From Bacilli bacterium (lineage in GTDB: Bacteria > Bacillota_I > Bacilli_A > RF39 > UBA660): 64,000 nt of DNA. Each line of letters begins with the position of its first letter. The first letter of the stretch is position 1. The DNA is taken from assembly GCA_017940575.1 (NCBI GenBank), contig JAGAYJ010000006.1, positions 805-64,804 on the forward strand, given 5' to 3'. Shown one piece after another: positions 25,763-33,410 of this stretch. Position numbers and translations under genes: made by a program. Under the pieces are notes generated by a model. That model saw only the letters and a list, made by a program, of their open reading frames with translations. It was not told the DNA's origin and ran no database searches.

Positions 25763-26671
25763 ATGAATGAAATTATTGAAAAAGAATTAAATATAGAAGA
25801 TATGATATATGAGATAAGAGGTAAACAAGTAATGCTTGATAGTGATTTAGCTTATTTATTTGATTATGAAACAAAAGATTTAAATAGAAATGTTAAAAAT
25901 AATATGAAAAGATTTCCAATAAATTATTGTTTTCAATTGACTGACGAAGAATATTCTAACTTGAGGTGCAAAAATTTCACCTCAAGTTTAAAAAATAACT
26001 ATGGTGGAAGAAGATATAATCCATATGTTTTTACAGAACATGGAATTACGATGCTGGCAGGAATATTAAAAAGTGAAAAAGCTATTAAGATGAGTTTAAA
26101 AATAGTTGATACGTTTATAAGAATGAGACATTTCATTAAAGATAATATGCTTACTCAACAAAATATAAATAATATAGTTTTAGAAGATCATACTCATATT
26201 TTAAAAATGGATGATGATTTAAAATTACTACAAGAAGCTTTTGATAAATTAGAAGATAAAAAAAGAGTTAATGAAATATATTTAGATGGAGAGTTTTATA
26301 AAGCTTTTTCAAGAGTTATAGATATATTTAATGAAGCTAAGAAAGAGTTAATAATAATAGATAGTTACGCTGATAAAAAGCTATTAGATATTATTAAAGA
26401 TTTAAATATAAAAGTAACTATAATTACAAAAGAAAAAGGAAAACTAAATAAAACTATAATAGATGAATATAATAAAGAATTTAATAATTTAAAAGTTATT
26501 TATAATGATTCATTTCATGATAGATATTTTATAATAGATAGAAATATAATATATCACTCAGGTACATCAATAAACTATATGGGAAGTAAAACATTTAATA
26601 TTAATTTAATACAAGATAAATATGTATTTGATTTATTAATAAAAAAAATTACTCAAATAATTTGTCAATAA
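25763..26671 (+). CDS. ORF6N/KilA-N-type DNA-binding domain protein with a C-terminal HDR...GTS module
   Basis: N-terminus IYEIRGKQVMLDSDLAYLFDYETKDLNRNVKNNMKRFPINYCFQLT is the ORF6N pattern. C-terminus LIIIDSYADKKLLD...FHDRYFIIDRNIIYHSGTSINYMGSKTF. Confidence 0.7.
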   Translation: MNEIIEKELNIEDMIYEIRGKQVMLDSDLAYLFDYETKDLNRNVKNNMKRFPINYCFQLTDEEYSNLRCKNFTSSLKNNYGGRRYNPYVFTEHGITMLAGILKSEKAIKMSLKIVDTFIRMRHFIKDNMLTQQNINNIVLEDHTHILKMDDDLKLLQEAFDKLEDKKRVNEIYLDGEFYKAFSRVIDIFNEAKKELIIIDSYADKKLLDIIKDLNIKVTIITKEKGKLNKTIIDEYNKEFNNLKVIYNDSFHDRYFIIDRNIIYHSGTSINYMGSKTFNINLIQDKYVFDLLIKKITQIICQ

Positions 26672-26693
26672 CTGTAAATAACACAAATAATAT

Positions 26694-26722
26694 TTGATAA
26701 ATAATTAATATAGTGTTATACT
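26694..26722 (+). promoter_or_regulatory. Promoter for the pilin/tadZ-like sub-operon
   Basis: TTGATA (26694-26699), 17-nt spacer ending in TGT, TATACT (26717-26722). Confidence 0.5.
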
Positions 26723-26757
26723 ATAAATGTAGAAAAATATAATAAGGTGGTGAGAAA

Positions 26758-26940
26758 ATGAAAGAAGCATCTGGAGAAGCAAATATGACTGTAGTTACAA
26801 TCATCTTAATCGGTATTATAGTTGCTGTAGCTACACCATTAATTAATAGTATGATGAATAATACTAAAACTAAAGCTGAATGTATGAATAATGGTGGTTA
26901 TATTGAAAATGGTAAATGCGTTGGAGCTACTTCAAATTAA
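26758..26940 (+). CDS. Small (60 aa) pilin-like protein, candidate major subunit
   Basis: MKEASG leader, a 22-residue hydrophobic helix (MTVVTIILIGIIVAVATPLI), and a C-terminal Cys pair (AECMNNGGYIENGKC). Strong RBS AAGGTGGTGA. Confidence 0.55.
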   Translation: MKEASGEANMTVVTIILIGIIVAVATPLINSMMNNTKTKAECMNNGGYIENGKCVGATSN

Positions 26941-26951
26941 TTGGTGATTAG

Positions 26952-27377
26952 ATGAAAGAAGCAATTGGACATATTCCATTATATAATTTTTTAATAATAT
27001 TTATCATTATAACTTTTGGATTTTTATCTGCAACTTTAACTTACTATAAAGCATTTAAAGTTAATAGTAGAATTGCATATACTTTAGAAGAATTTGAAGG
27101 CTATAATAGTGAATCTATTAAAGAAATTAATAGAGTCTTAGGTACAATGGGATATAGAACAGGTAGTGCTAAGAATTGTCCTAAAAAGTCAATTGGTAGT
27201 GCATTATCTACAAAAGGAATAAATCATCCTGTTTGTATTTATGAGTCTAAGCAAAAAAATGGATATTTTAATTATGGTATTGTAACCTATATATATCTTG
27301 ATATTCCTGTATTGGGTGGAACATTTAAAGTTCCTGTATATACAGAAAGTGAAAGAATATTTAAATTTTCAAGTTAG
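26952..27377 (+). CDS. Pilin-like or pseudopilin-like protein (paralog 1)
   Basis: MKEAIG leader + hydrophobic helix. Two Cys. Clearly paralogous to 27390-27833 (YKAFKVNSRI / TKAFKVKNRI; GIVTYIYLDIPVLG / GVVAYIYMEIPIIG). Confidence 0.55.
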   Translation: MKEAIGHIPLYNFLIIFIIITFGFLSATLTYYKAFKVNSRIAYTLEEFEGYNSESIKEINRVLGTMGYRTGSAKNCPKKSIGSALSTKGINHPVCIYESKQKNGYFNYGIVTYIYLDIPVLGGTFKVPVYTESERIFKFSS

Positions 27378-27389
27378 AGTGGTGATAAT

Positions 27390-27833
27390 GTGAGAGAGGC
27401 AATTGGTAATAGTTTTGTACTTAATTTTATCATCACTTTTATCATCTTGTTTATTTTAATTTTTGTTGGTACAACTACTTATACGAAAGCTTTTAAAGTA
27501 AAAAATAGAATAGTTGATATCATTGAAAATTATGATGGAAATATATCGAATGGTAATAGATTAAATAGTTCTGTACAAGATGAAATAAATGAAAAATTAG
27601 GTCAAATAGGTTATAGAATAGAACCAAATTCTGAGTGTAAAACTGATGGTCGTTTTTCTAAAGGAACTGTTTTATCAAAAACAAGTAATTATAGGTATTG
27701 TATTTATAGATTTACGACTAATAAAGGTAACTATTATGGAGTTGTTGCGTATATTTATATGGAAATACCAATAATTGGTGCAAAATTAGAATTCCCAGTT
27801 TATGGTGAAACTAAAATTTTTTATGATTTATAA
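27390..27833 (+). CDS. Pilin-like or pseudopilin-like protein (paralog 2)
   Basis: GTG start. MREAIG leader + hydrophobic helix. Two Cys. Paralog of the preceding gene. Confidence 0.55.
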   Translation: MREAIGNSFVLNFIITFIILFILIFVGTTTYTKAFKVKNRIVDIIENYDGNISNGNRLNSSVQDEINEKLGQIGYRIEPNSECKTDGRFSKGTVLSKTSNYRYCIYRFTTNKGNYYGVVAYIYMEIPIIGAKLEFPVYGETKIFYDL

Positions 27834-27849
27834 TGAGGGGATGGGTTAG

Positions 27850-28857
27850 ATGAATGTAATTATTTCTAATAAACATCAACAAACTCTTGAAATGTTAGAG
27901 ATTGATGTTATTAAATCTTTAAATGGTGAATTTGATGTAGATGATATTATTAGTCAATTTAAAAATTTCTATTTTCAAAGAATGATTATTGATATTACTG
28001 CTTTAAAAAACTATAAAGATATTAAAACACTTCAAAAATTATCTATTTCACTTGATATGGATAAAGTGATTTTATTACTTGATGATTCTGTTGATGATGG
28101 AACAGGTGATTTCTTATCTAAATTAGTTTCAATGGGAATATATAATTTTACACGTAATGTAGATGGTATAATGTACTTATATAACAATCCAAATAGTTAT
28201 AGAGATGTTGCACATATTCAACAATTAGATGTTAATACTACAGATCAAGTAAGTGTCAATACAACAGTTGTTGAAAATATTTATACAGGAACACGTATTA
28301 TAGGTATAAAAAATGTAACAAAGCAAACTGGAGCAACTACACTTTCATACATGATGAAAAAACAATTAGAGAAACATTATAGTGTTGTAGCACTTGAAGT
28401 TAATAAAGATGAATTTAGATATTTTAGAGATAAAAATATGTATTCAGTTAAAGATGTTGAGCTTGGAAATGCTATAGCAAAATATAATGATCGTGATGTT
28501 ATTATCGTTGATGTTAATGATTCTCTTCAAGCAGAAAGTGTTTGTCATGAAATCATATATTTAGTAGAACCATCAATTATAAAACTTAATAAGTTAATGA
28601 CAGTTAATCCAACTGTATTTAAGAAAATTAAAGGTAAGAAAATTATATTGAATCAAAGTATTTTAAGCCCAAAAGATGTACTTGATTTTGAGTATGAATC
28701 TGGTGTTAAAATATATTTCAATATGCCACCTTTAGATGAGAGAGAAAGAAGTATACATATACTTAATAAATTCTTAGTTATGCTTGGATTTTCAAAACAA
28801 CAAGATAGTGAAGAAGATAATAAAAAATTCAATATTTTAGGCTTATTTAAAAAGTAA
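27850..28857 (+). CDS. TadZ/CpaE-like ParA/MinD-fold protein with an N-terminal receiver-like domain and a degenerate P-loop
   Basis: The N-terminal ~120 aa are receiver-like (VIISNK...IIDITAL...VILLLDD). The ParA-like core is RIIGIKNVTKQTGATTLSYMMK...VVALEVN...VIIVDVND, but the KGGxGK(T/S) lysines and glycines are not conserved. Confidence 0.5.
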   Translation: MNVIISNKHQQTLEMLEIDVIKSLNGEFDVDDIISQFKNFYFQRMIIDITALKNYKDIKTLQKLSISLDMDKVILLLDDSVDDGTGDFLSKLVSMGIYNFTRNVDGIMYLYNNPNSYRDVAHIQQLDVNTTDQVSVNTTVVENIYTGTRIIGIKNVTKQTGATTLSYMMKKQLEKHYSVVALEVNKDEFRYFRDKNMYSVKDVELGNAIAKYNDRDVIIVDVNDSLQAESVCHEIIYLVEPSIIKLNKLMTVNPTVFKKIKGKKIILNQSILSPKDVLDFEYESGVKIYFNMPPLDERERSIHILNKFLVMLGFSKQQDSEEDNKKFNILGLFKK

Positions 28858-28861
28858 AATG

Positions 28862-28890
28862 TTGACAAAAAAAGGAAAATAATATAATAT
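28862..28890 (+). promoter_or_regulatory. Promoter ahead of the T4SS module
   Basis: TTGACA (28862-28867). Either TATAAT at 28883-28888 (15-nt spacer) or TAATAT at 28885-28890 (17-nt spacer). Confidence 0.45.
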
Positions 28891-28933
28891 TGTAAATGAA
28901 GAGTGTTATTCACTCAAATGGGAGGTTTAGATT

Positions 28934-29299
28934 ATGTTAAATATTTTAGAGATTACTTGTGGTACTAGTGTTAGAATACCAGACATACTTCCAAATTTAG
29001 TACATTACTTAATTTTATTTATTCAAATCTTTATTCCAATTGTTTTAATCGTTCTTGGAATGCTTGATATGGGTAAAGCTGTAATGAGCAATGATGAAAA
29101 AGTAATGAAAGAAAACCAAAACAAATTAATTAAAAGAGTTATTTATGCTGTATTAGTTTTCTTAGTAGTTGCTATTGTTAAGACAGTTGTAAGTATGGTT
29201 GCTAATGTAAGTAAAGATGATAGTGCTGCAGAAAGCGGAAATATTTCTACTTGTATTGAATGTTTCGTTAACGGAACTGAATCAAGCAAATGTAAATAA
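28934..29299 (+). CDS. VirB2/TrbC-like small two-TM pilin-like conjugal transfer protein
   Basis: Hydrophobic hairpin LVHYLILFIQIFIPIVLIVLGMLDMGKAVMSNDEKVMKENQNKLIKRVIYAVLVFLVVAIV fits the Firmicutes/Mollicutes pilin-like family pattern (..P.LLIV.G..DF.KAV...DE...K...K.IKR.I.A..VF). Confidence 0.55.
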   Translation: MLNILEITCGTSVRIPDILPNLVHYLILFIQIFIPIVLIVLGMLDMGKAVMSNDEKVMKENQNKLIKRVIYAVLVFLVVAIVKTVVSMVANVSKDDSAAESGNISTCIECFVNGTESSKCK

Positions 29300-29310
29300 T
29301 AATCTAAAAA

Positions 29311-29346
29311 AACAATAATAATTATGTTTATTATTGTTTTTTTTTA
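29311..29346 (+). terminator. Hairpin + T-run directly after the VirB2-like gene (possible attenuating terminator), followed by TGcTATAAT
   Basis: aacaataata (29311-20) pairs perfectly with tattattgtt (29329-38), followed by a T-run. An extended -10 tgctataat follows at 29347-55. Confidence 0.55.
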
Positions 29347-29385
29347 TGCTATAATATATTTGTGATAGTGTAATGGAGTGATAAT

Positions 29386-30489
29386 ATGAAAAAATGGTTA
29401 AAATATATATTAATTACATCTATATTTATGTTTATTGGCATGTCATCAAGTATGGCGTTAACACCTAAATTCACATGCACTTATAATGTTAAAGTTGATG
29501 ATTTAAAAATTGGTGCTAGTGGTTCAAAAAAATATGTTGTATCAGTATATAATGAAACAACTGCAACTTCAAATGTTAGCGTTGGTGAGACAATTGATGA
29601 TAGTGGAAATCTTTATGTTGCATTTAATGGAGGAGAAAAATCTTTTCATAAACAATTTGCAAAAGCCGCAACTGATGGTAATTTATGCCCTGTAATTAAA
29701 ATATCATCATACAATAGTTCAGACATTCAATTCAATTTAATTGGTCATGACACAACAGGCCAAGCTTCAAAAGAATATGAAGGTACTATTAAAATTATGT
29801 CAAAAGAAGTTAAAGTTGAAACAGAGAATGAAGTATGCTCTTTTACAACACAAGAAATTAAATCACAATCAGCGTCTATTACAGTTCATTTTTATAATCA
29901 GGGTTCAAAAAAACTTTGGGCAATTTATAAAAATATGGATGGTCAGGACCCACGTTTGATAGATAAAACAGACTATAATAAATCAATAGTAGACGGTGAA
30001 TACTCATATAGAGTATCTGAAAGTGATTATGATAATTTTTGGACAAACGGTAAATGTGATAAAATAGGTCATTATGTTCAATCATCAAATGGAGGTCTAT
30101 TTACAATTCAATCAGAAAAACCAAGCGATGCTGAAAATGGTGAGGCAGGTTCGACTGTAACACCAACTGAAAAACCTGATTCACCTCAAGTGGTTAATTT
30201 TGGTGGATGCGCAGATATGCCAAAAACAACTGAATTATTAAGACAAGTGTATAGATTAGTTAGATATTTAATTCCTGTTTTAATAATAGTTTTAAGTATT
30301 GTTGATTTTATAAAAGTTGTTGCAAATGGTGATGATAAAGAATATAAAAATGCATGGAATAAATTTATTAAAAGAATTATTATTGGAATTGTAATTATTA
30401 TTGTTCCAACAATTATTAGCATGCTTATTGGATTGAGTGGCTTAGATACTGCTTATGGAATAAAAGATATTATTTGTGTCATTAAATAA
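29386..30489 (+). CDS. Secreted ~270-aa domain fused to a C-terminal VirB2-like two-TM module
   Basis: Signal peptide MKKWLKYILITSIFMFIGMSSSMA. The C-terminus GGCADMPKTTELLRQVYRLVRYLIPVLIIVLSIVDFIKVVANGDDKEYKNAWNKFIKRIIIGIVIIIVP aligns with the whole of 28934-29299. Confidence 0.55.
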   Translation: MKKWLKYILITSIFMFIGMSSSMALTPKFTCTYNVKVDDLKIGASGSKKYVVSVYNETTATSNVSVGETIDDSGNLYVAFNGGEKSFHKQFAKAATDGNLCPVIKISSYNSSDIQFNLIGHDTTGQASKEYEGTIKIMSKEVKVETENEVCSFTTQEIKSQSASITVHFYNQGSKKLWAIYKNMDGQDPRLIDKTDYNKSIVDGEYSYRVSESDYDNFWTNGKCDKIGHYVQSSNGGLFTIQSEKPSDAENGEAGSTVTPTEKPDSPQVVNFGGCADMPKTTELLRQVYRLVRYLIPVLIIVLSIVDFIKVVANGDDKEYKNAWNKFIKRIIIGIVIIIVPTIISMLIGLSGLDTAYGIKDIICVIK

Positions 30490-30507
30490 TGAGAGGAGGG
30501 GTAACTA

Positions 30508-32508
30508 ATGGAATCAAATTTCATATTAAACTCATTTAGAACAATTATTTCTGCAATAGATAGAGCAATATATGGTTTAATAAGTTTCTTATATGAAATA
30601 ATGGAAATATTGGCAAGACATGAATTATTTTCTGCCGATGTAATTGACAGTTTTGCAACAAGAGTTTATACATTACTTGGACTTATAATGGTTTTTAAAG
30701 TTACTTTTTCTCTTATAAACTATTTAGTTAATCCAGATATGATAAATGATAAAACACAAGGGGCCGGAAATATTGCTAAAAATATAGTTATAACATTAGT
30801 TTTAATTATAGTTACACCATATTTGTTTGACTTTGGCTATAAACTTCAAAATGCAATATTAGATGATAATGTACTTCCAAGATTAATACTAGAAACAGAA
30901 GATACAAGTAGTGCTTCACTTGAAATTATAATGGATCCTAATGTTTGTAAAGATAAAAGAACATATGCTGATAATTATGGTGACTATATGGCTATTATGA
31001 CTTTACGTCCATTTTATCAATTTGACAAAGATGTTTTGAGTAGAAATAGAAATAGTGATGTTGAAAATGCTTATTGCTATGCAACAAATACAGGTACTTT
31101 ATTACAATCATCTATTTATAAAGCAGATGAAGGTGTAATTAGTCAAAATAATGTAGGCAGTTATTTGATTGATTATTCTATGATTTTATCAACAGTAGCA
31201 GGAGTTGTTGTTGCATTATTATTGTTGACATTGTGTATGGATGTAGCTGTTCGTACAATTAAATTAGCTTTTTTAGAAATTGTTGCACCTATTCCTATTA
31301 TCTCATATATTGATCCAAAATCTGGAAAAGATGGTATATTTAAAAAATGGTATAAAGAAGTTATAAGAACATGGGCTGGTTTATTTGTTAAACTTACAGC
31401 AATATATTTTGCAATTTATGTAATAAGTTTAATTGGAACTGCTGATTTAAGTTCTGAAGAACATGGTGTTTGGATTATGTTATTCTTGATACTTGGTGCT
31501 TTAATGTTTGCTAAACAATTTACAAAACTAATTGAAGATATATTTGGCATTAAACTTGATGGAATGGGATTACATCCAATTAAAAAAATTCAAGAACAAG
31601 CTGCAGGTGGAAAGGCAATAACGAATTTTGGATCAGGAGTTGTTGGAGCTGCTGGAGGTGCCATTGCAGGTGCTAGAGCAGGTTATAATGCTGGTGCTTT
31701 AGGTCGTGGTATTGCTGTAGGAGCTATGACTGGTTTTTCAAATGGTAAGGGAGATAAGAAACCATTTACTACTGGCATGAATAAAACATATAAAAATTTA
31801 ACAGGTAATGATATGGTAAATATGACACCTACTTCATTGTTAATGGGTCTTGGTAGCAAAGCTAATAATAGGGTTGGCGAGGTAAAAGATGCTCTTAAAA
31901 TAGCTAATGAAAGACTTAGAAATGAAGAAACTAGGTTAAATAATGCTGCATACCTAAGTTCACGTGCAAGTGAAGTTTTGAGTAAATATAAGATTGATCC
32001 AAACAATATGAAATCGTCTAATAGTTATATAAAAGATGCTGAAGTTCTTGAAGAAAAAAATAAAAATATAGAAAATAGATTAGAATTATATAACAAAGCT
32101 AAAAATTATGTAAATTCTTATACTCCATCAAAGGATGCAAATGGTAATGATGTTTATGATCAAAGATATATTGATTATAAAAAATTGGTTGATAAATATG
32201 ACTCAACAGGTATGGTAAGTCAATTTGAAAATGCACTTGAAATTAATAGACAAAACATTGATAAGAACCGTTCAATTGCAGAAGCTGTTGATAACTTCAG
32301 AACTAGTATGGATGCTCAACAAAAAGCTCGTAAAGCAATAGCTGATATTAATAAAGAAATTAGCACATTATCTGATGAGAAAAAACAACGTCAAACATTC
32401 TGGCAAGTTGATACATCACCTAAGAAATCTGTTAAAGAAGCATTGGCGAACAATCAACCTCCAGTTACAAACGGAATTGATTATTCTCCAAAAGATGATG
32501 ACCAGTAA
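30508..32508 (+). CDS. VirB6/TrbL-like polytopic T4SS channel protein with Gly-rich and coiled-coil C-terminal extension
   Basis: Multiple TM segments over the first ~350 aa. Gly/Ala-rich tract (AAGGKAITNFGSGVVGAAGGAIAGARAGYNAGALGRG). Long charged C-terminus. Position between the VirB2-like and VirB3/VirB4 genes. Confidence 0.6.
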   Translation: MESNFILNSFRTIISAIDRAIYGLISFLYEIMEILARHELFSADVIDSFATRVYTLLGLIMVFKVTFSLINYLVNPDMINDKTQGAGNIAKNIVITLVLIIVTPYLFDFGYKLQNAILDDNVLPRLILETEDTSSASLEIIMDPNVCKDKRTYADNYGDYMAIMTLRPFYQFDKDVLSRNRNSDVENAYCYATNTGTLLQSSIYKADEGVISQNNVGSYLIDYSMILSTVAGVVVALLLLTLCMDVAVRTIKLAFLEIVAPIPIISYIDPKSGKDGIFKKWYKEVIRTWAGLFVKLTAIYFAIYVISLIGTADLSSEEHGVWIMLFLILGALMFAKQFTKLIEDIFGIKLDGMGLHPIKKIQEQAAGGKAITNFGSGVVGAAGGAIAGARAGYNAGALGRGIAVGAMTGFSNGKGDKKPFTTGMNKTYKNLTGNDMVNMTPTSLLMGLGSKANNRVGEVKDALKIANERLRNEETRLNNAAYLSSRASEVLSKYKIDPNNMKSSNSYIKDAEVLEEKNKNIENRLELYNKAKNYVNSYTPSKDANGNDVYDQRYIDYKKLVDKYDSTGMVSQFENALEINRQNIDKNRSIAEAVDNFRTSMDAQQKARKAIADINKEISTLSDEKKQRQTFWQVDTSPKKSVKEALANNQPPVTNGIDYSPKDDDQ

Positions 32509-32557
32509 TAATATAAATACTTTGAATTTTTAATCGAATAAAAAAGAGGGTGAAAGC

Positions 32558-32884
32558 ATGAATGATAATATATATTTGATACCTGCTAATAGTAAAAAAT
32601 CTATGATGATATTTGGAATGTTTTATCCTTTTGATTTAATCCTTTTCGGAACTGGTTTAGCAATAACACTAATACTATTAATGGTTTTACCACTTAGTAG
32701 TTTAATTGTTAGCTTGTTAGCCATTTCCCCTGGATTGATTACAGGACTTTTGGTTTTTCCACTTCCAAATTATCACAATACATTAACAGTGTTAATTGAT
32801 TTATGGGAATTCTTTACTACTAGACAGAGATATGTATGGAAAGGTTGGTGTGTGATGGATGAGCTCCAAAAGAATAAAGAGTAA
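32558..32884 (+). CDS. PrgI-family (VirB3-like) small membrane protein
   Basis: 108 aa with two TM segments and a C-terminal ...FFTTRQRYVWKG. Located immediately upstream of VirB4, as for PrgI/Orf17-type proteins. Confidence 0.55.
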   Translation: MNDNIYLIPANSKKSMMIFGMFYPFDLILFGTGLAITLILLMVLPLSSLIVSLLAISPGLITGLLVFPLPNYHNTLTVLIDLWEFFTTRQRYVWKGWCVMDELQKNKE

Positions 32885-33410
32885 ATATACTAATGAAGAA
32901 TTTGTTCCTGTTAAAAGTATTACAAATGGAATGATAATCTTAGATAACAATGATAAAGTAAGTGGTATTAAAATAATGCCAAGAAATATATTTATAGCTG
33001 ATCAAGAAACACAAAATGCTATAATTGCAAATCTTCGTAATGTTTATAATATGATAGATTATGAATTTTGGATTATAGCTGCTGATAGACCAGTTGATAT
33101 AAATGTATTCTTATCTCAATTACAACTTTTATATAATTCAGTACAAGATCAAGCTAGAAAAAAACTAATACTAGAAGATATAAATAAAGCTAATATGTTT
33201 ATGGATAATAATATTGTTGATACAGAATATTTCTTACTTTTTAAAGAAAGAAATAATGAAGTTATAATGAAGAGAATTAGAAATTTAATTAATTCATTTG
33301 CTAGTGCTGGTTTAAATACTCATCAAGTAACTAATGATGACTTAAGAATCATTTTAGATAATTTCTTAAATGGTGGTCAAACTACTACATTTGGGACGGT
33401 GATCGGATAA
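32859..33410 (+). CDS. Stand-alone N-terminal region of a VirB4-family ATPase (separate gene here)
   Basis: EEFVPVKSITNGMIILDNNDKVSGIKIMPRNIFIADQETQNAIIANLRNVYNMIDYEFWIIAADRPVD resembles the first ~180 aa of long Firmicutes VirB4 proteins (pattern ..IP...i.dGii...dg.y.k...f.diN....). TAATG junction with the ATPase gene. Confidence 0.55.
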   Translation: MSSKRIKSKYTNEEFVPVKSITNGMIILDNNDKVSGIKIMPRNIFIADQETQNAIIANLRNVYNMIDYEFWIIAADRPVDINVFLSQLQLLYNSVQDQARKKLILEDINKANMFMDNNIVDTEYFLLFKERNNEVIMKRIRNLINSFASAGLNTHQVTNDDLRIILDNFLNGGQTTTFGTVIG

